This document shows, in pieces, positions 17,858-26,587 of a stretch of DNA of 34,456 nucleotides. Each line of letters begins with the position of its first letter. The first letter of the stretch is position 1. This DNA comes from a virus (lineage: Duplodnaviria > Caudoviricetes): IMG/VR virus record IMGVR_UViG_3300048854_000098, positions 1-34,456 of that record. The stretch is one strand, 5' to 3'. Below the pieces are notes generated by a model. That model worked only from the letters and a program-made list of their open reading frames with translations, was not told the DNA's origin and did no database searches. Position numbers and translations under genes: made by a program.

Positions 17858-19332
17858 GGTTGCTCCTTGTCGTCGAGTGGCTCGATGACGTCGAGGGTAT
17901 TGTAGTTGAGGCCCAGGCGAACGGCCCGGGCGAGATCAGCGGCGTTTTCCGCATCGACCGTTTCGGCGTCGTAGCCGGTGCGCAGCACCATCTCGCTGCG
18001 TGAGGCGAAACCAGCTTTCACTTCCATCGTGCGCGCCTGCACGTCCTGCACTGGCTGGATGTAGGCCCAGCCCTGCGGTACCCAGCGGGTGCGCAGATAT
18101 TCGCGTCGACGCTGGGCGTAATCCTCCAGCACCAGCGCACCGGACAGCACTGCCATGTCCATCCACGCAGCACGGACCGGGCGACACAGCTGATGCACGT
18201 AAACACTGAATTGCAGTTGCTCCAGCCGACGGCGAAACTCGTTGAGTACGACGCGCAACGCGCGGTCGTTGATCTCGCGCATGTCACCGGTGAGGATCTC
18301 GTAGGGCGTGCCGGTACCGGCGGCAGCGGCCATCAGCTGCTGCCGCATGAAGTCCGGGTAGTTGTTGCCGGCGTCGGGTGGTTTGGAGAATTCCACCTCC
18401 TCGCCCGGCCCGAGCTCCTGCATGGTGCCGGGCTCAAGCGCGACCATTGGCGTGAAGCCGTCGCGGTCGGTCACCAGTGGCTGACCGGTGACCGGGTCGC
18501 GCGGCATGGGACCGGAATCCGGCGGCGGTCGGGTGATGAAACCTGCGAACAGGTTGGCGACCTCTTGGCGAAACAGCACAGCGTCATCGTAGTTGTCGAG
18601 GCTGCGCAGGCGCTTGAGCACCGGCGACAAGCGCGGCACGCCCCGCAGCTGTCCGGGCTCCAGTGGCTCGAAGATGTGCAGCACCTGAGTGGCGGGCACC
18701 CGCACCAGCTGGTTGTAGCCAGTGTTCAATGCCGAGGGATCGCCCGGGTGCGAGCGGTACATCCAGTACGCCACGCGCTTGCCGACCGGGTTGAACTCGA
18801 TGCCGGCACGGATCACGTTGCCGTCGCGGGTAGTTTCGAATTTGTCGTGCGGCACGAACTCCGGTGCGAGCAACTGCAATTGCAGCGGCACCGCATGACC
18901 ATCGTCCAGACTGCGTGGTCGCAACCGAATGAAACATTCGCCGGAGGTTTCGACCGTGCGCGCAGCGAGCGCCTGCTGACCGTAGAAGTCGGTGAGGTCA
19001 TCGGCATCCGATTCATCGACCCAGTCTTCCCACAGTTCCTGCAGTTGCTTACGCAGGGCGTCATTGTCCGTCTTCGGCCGGGGGTTGATGCCGGTGCCGA
19101 TCAGGTTGCTGACGCGCTTTTCAATAACGTTGAAAGCATACGGGTCGTTGCGCACTGCGGCCCGCGAGCGTGAACGCAGATTGCGCAGCGCTGGCGTGTT
19201 GATGGTGTTCAAGCCATTGTCGGGCGCATCCCAGCCAGCGGAACGACGGCCCTCCCCGGCGCCTTCGTAACTGGCCTTGATGTTCGACGGCAGCAAGAAT
19301 CCGTTACGGGTTAGCGTCGGATAACGAGCCAT
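17854..19332 (-). CDS. Portal protein, lambda family
   Basis: LR.RSR..VRND, GIEF...G.RVAYW, GQ.RG.P motifs. Confidence 0.95.
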   Translation of the reverse strand: MARYPTLTRNGFLLPSNIKASYEGAGEGRRSAGWDAPDNGLNTINTPALRNLRSRSRAAVRNDPYAFNVIEKRVSNLIGTGINPRPKTDNDALRKQLQELWEDWVDESDADDLTDFYGQQALAARTVETSGECFIRLRPRSLDDGHAVPLQLQLLAPEFVPHDKFETTRDGNVIRAGIEFNPVGKRVAYWMYRSHPGDPSALNTGYNQLVRVPATQVLHIFEPLEPGQLRGVPRLSPVLKRLRSLDNYDDAVLFRQEVANLFAGFITRPPPDSGPMPRDPVTGQPLVTDRDGFTPMVALEPGTMQELGPGEEVEFSKPPDAGNNYPDFMRQQLMAAAAGTGTPYEILTGDMREINDRALRVVLNEFRRRLEQLQFSVYVHQLCRPVRAAWMDMAVLSGALVLEDYAQRRREYLRTRWVPQGWAYIQPVQDVQARTMEVKAGFASRSEMVLRTGYDAETVDAENAADLARAVRLGLNYNTLDVIEPLDDKEQP

Positions 19333-19538
19333 TACAGTCCCTTGCCTCCGTGGTAAAGCCGGACCACGCGCGAACGTGGCCCGGCAGCGTTGAGCAGCGA
19401 GGTGCGAATTTCGTCGCGGGCCTGCAACAGCTCGGTGATGGTGCGGTACTCGACGGTGCGGTCGCCGAAGCGAACGGTTTTTTCACCGCGCGCGATGGCC
19501 TTCTCGATTACGTCGAGGTGCTGTTGGGTAAAGGACAT
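19332..19538 (-). CDS. Head-tail adaptor, lambda gpW-like
   Basis: 68 aa, AIARG...V...DRTVEY; between terminase and portal. Confidence 0.88.
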   Translation of the reverse strand: MSFTQQHLDVIEKAIARGEKTVRFGDRTVEYRTITELLQARDEIRTSLLNAAGPRSRVVRLYHGGKGL

Positions 19539-19539
19539 A

Positions 19540-21576
19540 TCAGCGTCTCTTCAAATAACCGCTGGTAGAGCTGCGGCGTTGTGACGGCGATGCAGCAGGT
19601 CGCGGGGGTGCGACAGGTGCTGCCGGTGTAGGCGGTGCAAGCTGGGCTTGCCGGAAAACAGCCGGCAGCGCTGTTTCGGCAGTTTGGGCTTGTTCAACAC
19701 GCGGGGCCTGGACAGGCTGAACCGGTGCATCGTCGAACAGTCCGGATTGTGCCAAGGCTTGCCGCACCCGATCCCAGTCATGCTCCTGGTACCGATTAAT
19801 GCCCAAGTAATGCGCCATGGCCAGGCAATACACCATCAGGTCTAGTGCTTCGTTGCGCTCGGCTTTGCCCTTGATCCACTCGACACGTTTATGGCCGCGG
19901 ACGTAGCGAGCGACCTTTCGTTCTGCCACACATTGGGCGAAGAAGTCGTCCGGCAAATCGTTGGCAAAATGCAGCGAGCCGGGTCCATCCGGGAACGGGT
20001 AACGGTTGTAGATCCAGTCCTTGGCGGTGTCGGTACCGACGAACCACAGCTCGGCGCCGTGGCGCTCGGTCTGACCCTTCCAGGTCACGTCGACCATAGA
20101 GGGCCGCTGGGCAATCACCGGTCTGCCGGGCTTGCTCGCACCTTTGATGGCGAAGATGTTGCGCCAGCGCCGCATGCGGCAGAACTGGTAGACCTCATCG
20201 GTGTGATGGCCCCCGGAGTCGACAGCCGTGGCAAGAATCGCCAAGCCGACACCGCAAGGGTGCCGGTAGCGAGCTTTGAGCAAGTCATCAAGTACCGCCC
20301 AAGTTCGCTCATCAGCGGGATCGCCTGAGATCACCTTGTGATCAATCACCCAACGCTCCATACCAAATCCCCAGCCCATGACCATCAACTCCAGACGGTT
20401 AGCCTGAACGTCGACGGCGGCGGTAAGCATCAGCGAACCGGACGGCATTGAGCCGAGTCCGTAGCTTTCCAGACGCGCCCGGTCCATAAGAACATCGGCT
20501 TTGGTTTGCTCTTGAGCGCTGTCCCAAACCTTGGCCAGGCGGGTGTTGTAGAACACCTGCATCGGTTCAAGATCGCCTTTCGCCTGTGCCCGCTTGGCCT
20601 TCTCGTACTGCCTGGCCAGCGTACGCCAGTCCATCCAGCCTGGTGGCGAGTACAACGCGTTGAGATGAAAGCCAACCGTTTCGCCATCACCTTCGGCATG
20701 GGCTATCCACTCGCCATTGGCAAGCATCCAGCCCTTATGGTGCTCCTCGATCAACACGTCGCACTCAGGCCCAGCACACTGGTAGTGAATGAGCTGGTAA
20801 TCCTTGGAGTAGAGCAAACGTTCCCACTCCAGTACCTGCTTGTGCCCGCAAGTTGGACACGGCACGTAGAAGTAACGTTGATCGCTGGACTCGAACAGAT
20901 CACTGATACGCGAAGCACCTTTGATCGTTGGTGAGCTGGAGAAGTAGAACTTGGCATTCCGGCCAAAGGTACTGCCCCGAGTCTCTGCCAGCTCGATGGG
21001 ATCACCCTCCTCTCCGACGTCGACTTCCCAACGATCCACCTCATCGCCGTACACATAGCGCGCTGAGAGCTCGGCCAAGTTGGCCGCGGAACCCGCAGTG
21101 GTCACGTACAGCGAACCACCTTCAAACTCTTTGGTGTCCATCGTGTTACGGGAGTCACGAGACCGACTGGACGCCACTCGCTTACGCAGAACGGGCGTGG
21201 CCTTGATGGTCTTGCTGATCCTCGATGACACCCGCTTAGCCAGGCTAAGGCTCGGCAGCAGTGTCAGGATATTGGACGGTGCCATATGGATCAGGCCACC
21301 AATCCAATTTAAGGCGATTTGGGTTTTCATCAACTGCGAAGCCACCATCGTAACGACGCGCTTGCAGGGGTGAGCTGGCGATAAACAGCGCATCGGCTCA
21401 CGTGCGTAAGGGGTGCGAGAGGTGCGGTATTGGCCGGGCTCAGCGGCACCTGAATCACGCGGAATACGCATGTATTCGTCGGCCCACTCGTCCACCCACA
21501 CATCCGGGTCAGGTTGAAGCCCCCGGAAATAAGCCTCGCAGTACACCGTCGCTCCATCAGATCTGGTCAGGTTCAT
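19540..21576 (-). CDS. Terminase large subunit, lambda gpA family
   Basis: RTPY.RE.M, SQ..KT Walker A variant, DEVD Walker B, SSPT, CP.CG, DVQ and D-G nuclease motifs. Confidence 0.96.
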   Translation of the reverse strand: MNLTRSDGATVYCEAYFRGLQPDPDVWVDEWADEYMRIPRDSGAAEPGQYRTSRTPYAREPMRCLSPAHPCKRVVTMVASQLMKTQIALNWIGGLIHMAPSNILTLLPSLSLAKRVSSRISKTIKATPVLRKRVASSRSRDSRNTMDTKEFEGGSLYVTTAGSAANLAELSARYVYGDEVDRWEVDVGEEGDPIELAETRGSTFGRNAKFYFSSSPTIKGASRISDLFESSDQRYFYVPCPTCGHKQVLEWERLLYSKDYQLIHYQCAGPECDVLIEEHHKGWMLANGEWIAHAEGDGETVGFHLNALYSPPGWMDWRTLARQYEKAKRAQAKGDLEPMQVFYNTRLAKVWDSAQEQTKADVLMDRARLESYGLGSMPSGSLMLTAAVDVQANRLELMVMGWGFGMERWVIDHKVISGDPADERTWAVLDDLLKARYRHPCGVGLAILATAVDSGGHHTDEVYQFCRMRRWRNIFAIKGASKPGRPVIAQRPSMVDVTWKGQTERHGAELWFVGTDTAKDWIYNRYPFPDGPGSLHFANDLPDDFFAQCVAERKVARYVRGHKRVEWIKGKAERNEALDLMVYCLAMAHYLGINRYQEHDWDRVRQALAQSGLFDDAPVQPVQAPRVEQAQTAETALPAVFRQAQLAPPTPAAPVAPPRPAASPSQRRSSTSGYLKRR

Positions 21577-22189
21577 CTATCACCTCCCAGTTAGTATCCA
21601 GTGTGTGGCCGAATTCCTCAGAGGACATACGGCCGGCGTCCTCAAGCCGTTGTCTCAATGCTGCAGTCAGGTGTCGTTCGATCTCCCATGGATCCGACAT
21701 GGCCGCCAGTTCCGGAGCCAGCTGCGGTGGCATACCCAGCAACGTGTCGCGAAGCATGCGACCGGCGTTGTATGCCCCGGACTGAACTGCCGTAACCTCG
21801 ACTGTTGAGCCCTGTGCTTTGTGAAACTCCATCTCGGCCATCTGCGCCAAGTAGAACTCACGGTGCGCGCGTGCCTTCTGAAAATCCGGATGCTTGTCTG
21901 TCGTCGGAGCCGCCAGCGGCGGCGCAGCCATGGAAGTCGGCTCGGTTTGGGTCGACAGTTGGCTGTAAACGTTGCGCTGAATCCGATCTTGTTGATGGCG
22001 TTCAGCAACGGCGGCCTTGCTCGGGTCGGCGGTGTCGCGAATCAGCGCTTCGGTGGCATGTACATCAACCTGTTTGCCATTGGGCGAAAGCACCAAACGG
22101 TTGTTGTCTTTCAGCCAGGTGATGTAACTCGGCGACCTGCCGAGCCGGGCCGCGAAGGCGCTCTTCGACAGGTAGGTTGGTTCTGTCAT
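21557..22189 (-). CDS. Terminase small subunit
   Basis: Start ATG 22189 with AGGAGG RBS; N-terminal wHTH (SKSAFAARLGRSPSYI), coiled coil; between cos and TerL. Confidence 0.88.
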   Translation of the reverse strand: MTEPTYLSKSAFAARLGRSPSYITWLKDNNRLVLSPNGKQVDVHATEALIRDTADPSKAAVAERHQQDRIQRNVYSQLSTQTEPTSMAAPPLAAPTTDKHPDFQKARAHREFYLAQMAEMEFHKAQGSTVEVTAVQSGAYNAGRMLRDTLLGMPPQLAPELAAMSDPWEIERHLTAALRQRLEDAGRMSSEEFGHTLDTNWEVIDEPDQI

Positions 22190-22200
22190 GAGCCCTCCTT

Positions 22201-22327
22201 TTTCAACGTATTTCAATGAATCCTTTCAAGATTTCAATGATTGAAATTTCAGTAAGCTGGGAAGTCTGCGGCTAACAGTTTCCCGCGGGTTTCCGACCCC
22301 GTGTCCTTCAGATACCCCTAGGGTCCC
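22201..22327 (-). other. Lambda-like cos packaging site (cosQ-like 22321-22327, cosN 22288-22299, cosB-like repeats 22201-22252)
   Basis: Minus strand acacg-GGGTCGGAAACC-cgcggg aligns with lambda ttacg-GGGCGGCGACCT-cgcggg; GGGACCC upstream; six (T)TGAAA repeats before terS. Confidence 0.75.
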
Positions 22328-22357
22328 CGGCGGTTTTCGGCGCACCAGATCGGTGCA

Positions 22358-22702
22358 TCACCCCTGTTCACCCCCGGCTGGCGGGACTTCGCAGACGCCC
22401 AGCCGCTTGGCAGCCCATCGTTCGTACAACCCGATGGCTACGTCCGCACCGGCCATCGCCGTGAGGCACCCCAAGGCGCCCGCCGTCCAGATCGTCATGC
22501 CGGCGGCGATCATCAACATCATCGCCGACACCCCGCAGACAATGCAGGCGCCAGATCGAAGTGCCAGCCGGCGCAACAATGCCCAGCCCCGCGCCCCATC
22601 CTTATCGGCCCGCCACATTTCCCCCGATACGCCGCCGACCAGGGCCAGGACGATCACTAACCAGATTGGCATCTCTGCCAGCGCTTGTTGCTCGTTTGTC
22701 AT
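22358..22702 (-). CDS. Holin (Pseudomonas tailocin/phage family)
   Basis: MTNEQQALAEMPIW..GGVSGEMWRAD; 3 TM segments; first late gene. Confidence 0.88.
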   Translation of the reverse strand: MTNEQQALAEMPIWLVIVLALVGGVSGEMWRADKDGARGWALLRRLALRSGACIVCGVSAMMLMIAAGMTIWTAGALGCLTAMAGADVAIGLYERWAAKRLGVCEVPPAGGEQG

Positions 22703-22719
22703 CGCCAACCCCTAAACGC

Positions 22720-22745
22720 AAAAACCCGGCGCAATGGCCGGGTTT
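22720..22745 (-). terminator. Late-leader terminator before the holin
   Basis: aaacccggc-N6-gccgggttt with U-tail on -. Confidence 0.75.
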
Positions 22746-22796
22746 GGTGGTGGGTGCCTGCCGCTCTCTGCGGTCGCACCTATCGAAGATGACTAC

Positions 22797-22894
22797 TTTT
22801 TACAGGTCGATTCCGGTGGCAGCAACCCTGTTTTAATGCCACCCGGTGAATAAGTGGGTAACGCAGGGTGAACGCCTAGCGAATGTCCGTGAAT
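22797..22894 (-). promoter_or_regulatory. Late promoter (TTGCTG-N17-TAAAAA) with five helically phased upstream repeats
   Basis: -35 at 22825-22820, -10 at 22802-22797; GYGAAY-like repeats starting at 22846, 22857, 22868, 22879, 22889. Confidence 0.6.
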
Positions 22895-22925
22895 ACACCA
22901 CCACGGCATTCTGCTGTTTCAGCGG

Positions 22926-23203
22926 TGTCCCATTCGTCCCACCTCCTTGAATCGAAGTGGGACGCCTGAGAGCGCCAAAATTTGGGGCTTCGCCCCACTG
23001 TCCTACTTATCTTTCTCCTTTCTCGTGTAAAGGAAGAAATTTAAAGAACACGCGTTCGCGCGTAAGCGCGTACTGCTCGTCCGCTACGCTCACACGGGCG
23101 GGAGGCACTTCCAAGCGGGACGGTGGGACAACCCAACAAAGACAAGGCCCGCACCTGTCCCACTGCATCAAAACGCAGCGAGACAAGACGGGCCAGTGGG
23201 ACA
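22926..23203. repeat. Putative replication origin: GTCCCAC/GTGGGAC repeats in both orientations around an AT-rich core
   Basis: Exact or near copies at about 22926, 22936, 22957, 22992, 22999, 23115, 23123, 23156, 23196; AT-rich 23007-23050; downstream of the primase-helicase. Confidence 0.55.
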
Positions 23204-23228
23204 GCAACAGCGGGAGCGATGCTTGGGG

Positions 23229-23588
23229 TCACGCAGCCAGCCCCATCATCACGCCGAAGATCTGCAGATGCGCCTCATGCAAACGCTGGTAGTACGTGTC
23301 GCGGCCACAACCGCAATGGGCGTACCGCAAACGCATATCCACATCGTGCGTGCAGTAGTGCTCACGCACGACCGTCACCAGCTCGGGCGCGAGATGCTTG
23401 TTCACGATCAGCTCGATGTCCAGCGAACTCTCCAGCGGCGCACGAAAGGCACGTCGCCCCCGAATCAATTGACCATTGGTCTCCATCATCATGGCCACCA
23501 TATTCCCACCTGCGAGACCTCCGCTTGAGAGATCCGAATGCAGGTCCAGTGCCCACGACCGAAGAAGTGAATCGATCTCCTTAATCAT
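23229..23588 (-). CDS. Late-gene regulator, PA0613/AlpA-like (Q-type antiterminator candidate)
   Basis: Start ATG 23588; ID.LL..WA N-terminus and C-terminal HTH TYYQRLHEAH; Q position upstream of late promoter and terminator. Confidence 0.65.
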   Translation of the reverse strand: MIKEIDSLLRSWALDLHSDLSSGGLAGGNMVAMMMETNGQLIRGRRAFRAPLESSLDIELIVNKHLAPELVTVVREHYCTHDVDMRLRYAHCGCGRDTYYQRLHEAHLQIFGVMMGLAA

Positions 23589-25800
23589 CGAAACAAGGCT
23601 CCTCGAACGCTTCCCGCTGCAACGCCGAAGCACCGCCCCACCCTGCCGGCTTCTTGTAAGCCCACGGCCGCTGCCCACTCTTCACCAACGCAGCCAACCG
23701 CACTCGCCGCCACCCCAACCGATGCATGATCGCCCCGACACGCATCTGCTCCGGTTTACCCCAATGCCCGAAGTCCAGCTTCAGCGCATTGGCCAGCACC
23801 TCACTGCCCGTGGTGGTCTCGCCGATCTGCGACTCCTCGAGCCAGGTCAGAATCGGACCTTCCCACTCATCCACCACAAAGCGCTCGTCCTGCTCCTCAC
23901 CGAACATCGACGCCTCATCCAGCGTCACCCACCAAAGGTCGCCCGCGTCATAGCAGAACACCGCCTCGGCCCAGAGCTGTTCACGGATCGAACGCAACAA
24001 TTCCAGATCCACCTTGGTACACGCCACCGGCCAGTAACGCCGGTTACCGGTCGCGTCCTTCAGGTACTCGTCCTGGTTGGTCGTACCCACGAACACGCAC
24101 TGACGCGGCACGTCCATCGTGCGGCGGCCGTAGCTCTCGCGGTAGGTGTCCGTCGACGCGGAGAAAAACTGCTTGGCCTTGGTGCTCTCGGCCTTGTTGA
24201 AACTGTCCAGCTCACCCAGCTCGACGATCCACTTGCCCCGGATCGCCTGAAACCCGTCCTTGTCGCCCAGGGCAAACGGCGTATCCATGAACCACTCACC
24301 GCCGAGAATGCTCATCGCCGTCGACTTACCAGCGCCCTGCGCGCCCTCAAGGATCATCACCGAGTCAGCCTTGCAGCCCGGCTTCATCACCCGCGCCACG
24401 GCTGACAACATCCAGCGCTTGCCAACCTTGGACGAGTAGTCGGTCGCCTTGACGCCCATGACGTCCGTGAGCCAACTTTCCAGGCGCGGCACGCGATCCC
24501 ATTCGAGCTTGCGCAGGTACTGCCGCACCGGATGAAACGCATGGTCATGCGCAACCACACTCACCGCCTCGATCACATGCGAGGCCTTGACCCGCAAGTT
24601 GTACTGCTGCGCGAGCCACTTCATAACCCGCACATCATCAATGTCTGCCCAATCGCCGGTGCCGCCGCCATAAGGCGCCGCACGCAGCTTTACGATCTTC
24701 GAACTGAACGCGCTGTAACTGATGACCCCGGCCCAGCGTTCGTCATTGGCCAGGATCAACTCGACGTTCTGCATGTGCGCAATCAACGCCCCGCTTTCGC
24801 TACGTGCCAACAGATCCTTCCAACCACCAGCGGCCGGGGGCTTGACAACCGCCAACACCTGACGACGCACCGCTTCCAAACCTTCCGCGACATGCAGGTC
24901 GTTGAAGTCGGTCCACTTGTCCTCGCGTTCGCCAGAGAAGATCGGTGCAACGACCTGGCCACCGACGATCAACGCCGCGTTGTTGGCTTTTTCCTCACCG
25001 GGATTCCAGGCATCACCATTCGGCTTGGTGGTCTTCCAGTCATCATCCCTGCAGATGATCAGCGGGCAACCGGCGAAACGCTCGCGCATCGCTTTGCACA
25101 CCACCAGCAGGTTACCGGCATCAAAAGCGATGGCCACGGTCAGTGACGTGGCCATGTGCAGACTGGCGCCGGTGGCGTAGCCCTCGCAAACCAGCACTGG
25201 CTCTCCCGGATCAGGATGCGGCCCGATCAGGTGAAAAGCCCCCTCCTTCGACATCCCATAAGGCCAGTAGGATTTATCGCGACCGGTGTCTTGCTGCTTG
25301 GTCGGAAACACCACCTGCAGGCCGACAATCTCGTCGCGCACATTGCTCATCGGCACCAGAAACGCGCCGGTACGCGGCGCATACCGAACGCCGAAGCCGA
25401 CAATCTGCTTTCGATCCAGATAGTCGCTACGGCCCTTTTCCGGCATGCGCTTAAACATCCCCGACGCCCGGTTCGCCGCACGACGTGCCGCATTCGCCGA
25501 GATCTCGGCCGCCCGACGCTTTGCCTCTTCCTGCCGAGCGCGCATGACCTCACGCTCTTCCGGCGACATCCGTCCGGCCTTCACCTTGATCTTTTGCGAC
25601 TCACCCGAACGCCAATCACCAAATGCGCCGAAAATCAGCGTCTCGCCTTTCTCGGTGCGATGCTCATGGGCGATGTACCAACCGTTTTTTTCCTTGCCCT
25701 TATCCTGCGCCGTCTTGCACCGGGTTAGCTTGCCAAACACCAATGGCTGTGCAGGCTCAAGCCCGTAATCCGCGAATTGCCCCAACACCTCATCGAGCAT
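23581..25800 (-). CDS. Toprim primase fused to VapE-family helicase/ATPase
   Basis: CEGYATG and D-D-D Toprim motifs, TDFNDL; GAQGAGKST Walker A, WIVELGEL, GTTN, TGNRRYW. Confidence 0.92.
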   Translation of the reverse strand: MLDEVLGQFADYGLEPAQPLVFGKLTRCKTAQDKGKEKNGWYIAHEHRTEKGETLIFGAFGDWRSGESQKIKVKAGRMSPEEREVMRARQEEAKRRAAEISANAARRAANRASGMFKRMPEKGRSDYLDRKQIVGFGVRYAPRTGAFLVPMSNVRDEIVGLQVVFPTKQQDTGRDKSYWPYGMSKEGAFHLIGPHPDPGEPVLVCEGYATGASLHMATSLTVAIAFDAGNLLVVCKAMRERFAGCPLIICRDDDWKTTKPNGDAWNPGEEKANNAALIVGGQVVAPIFSGEREDKWTDFNDLHVAEGLEAVRRQVLAVVKPPAAGGWKDLLARSESGALIAHMQNVELILANDERWAGVISYSAFSSKIVKLRAAPYGGGTGDWADIDDVRVMKWLAQQYNLRVKASHVIEAVSVVAHDHAFHPVRQYLRKLEWDRVPRLESWLTDVMGVKATDYSSKVGKRWMLSAVARVMKPGCKADSVMILEGAQGAGKSTAMSILGGEWFMDTPFALGDKDGFQAIRGKWIVELGELDSFNKAESTKAKQFFSASTDTYRESYGRRTMDVPRQCVFVGTTNQDEYLKDATGNRRYWPVACTKVDLELLRSIREQLWAEAVFCYDAGDLWWVTLDEASMFGEEQDERFVVDEWEGPILTWLEESQIGETTTGSEVLANALKLDFGHWGKPEQMRVGAIMHRLGWRRVRLAALVKSGQRPWAYKKPAGWGGASALQREAFEEPCFDD

Positions 25801-26017
25801 GGTGTGCCCCCTTCAACTCCACGAGAGAAAGGCATCCCACACACTGCGTGCAGCCGGGCTGCGCCAAACGGCGAGCTTCAGGGATAGGATCATCACACGT
25901 TTCGCAGAACAGAAACGAATGCGCCACCAAGGCAGGCTTGGTGGCGTTGCGTGCAGCGAGCGCCTGATCGATACGTTCCTGCACCAGGTCATTTGCGAAG
26001 TCAGCAATGTCAGCCAC
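25790..26017 (-). CDS. TraR/DksA C4 zinc-finger protein (PtrB-like)
   Basis: GTG start 26017; MADIADFA (D-x-x-D-x-A), C..C...IPEARR...PGC..CV.C. Confidence 0.9.
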   Translation of the reverse strand: MADIADFANDLVQERIDQALAARNATKPALVAHSFLFCETCDDPIPEARRLAQPGCTQCVGCLSLVELKGAHHAR

Positions 26018-26528
26018 GATCAACACCCCGCGTCGTCTGGTTGACATACGTGGCGCGGTTGAACAATCCCAACAGCCCTTGAATCCCACGGAACACCTGC
26101 AGGCGAATCGCGGCGAGTTCCTCATCGGAAACCACCCCGTCGCCAATGCTCTTGGCCCAGGTATCCGCCAGATCCGCCACTTGCCGGAAGTACTCGGCAA
26201 TCCCGGTGGTCAGCGTCTCGGGCATGTCGTTGGTGTACGCCTCAGCCAGCTCCTGCCAAGTCGTGTCACCGACCAAGGCATGCACTGCATCCAGAATGCG
26301 GCGATCCTTGGTCAGCTCCAGAATCTCGCCGAACTCTTGAATATTGACTGTGTGGCTGGGATGGGTTGGGGACAGCTTGTGCTGCAGCGTGGTCGCATTG
26401 CGGCCGGTGGTGGCGGCGATGGCGGCGGCGCCACCGGGGTAGTCCCGGGCGGCATGGTAAAGCGCGAGATCGAGCGGCAAAACTTCCCGCTGCGCCCGCT
26501 CAACGGAGCTCAGAATGATACGGCTCAT
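26010..26528 (-). CDS. Phage regulatory protein, CII family
   Basis: DYPGG..A.A...G....TLQHKLSP..H, DG.V...E motifs. Confidence 0.82.
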   Translation of the reverse strand: MSRIILSSVERAQREVLPLDLALYHAARDYPGGAAAIAATTGRNATTLQHKLSPTHPSHTVNIQEFGEILELTKDRRILDAVHALVGDTTWQELAEAYTNDMPETLTTGIAEYFRQVADLADTWAKSIGDGVVSDEELAAIRLQVFRGIQGLLGLFNRATYVNQTTRGVDRG

Positions 26529-26587
26529 GGCATTAATCCTTGTAAGTTGCCAGTGCCGCGCGACATGCAGTGGTGATACATTTGCCG

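Noticed and set aside
22896-22907. caccaccacggc on + strand, complementary to loop 3 with one G-U
   Set aside because: Lies upstream of the late promoter on a strand with no evident transcript, so not counted as a target
22957-23292. Short ORFs in the repeat-rich region before the late promoter
   Set aside because: Overlapping and motif-free; region looks non-coding (origin/promoter)
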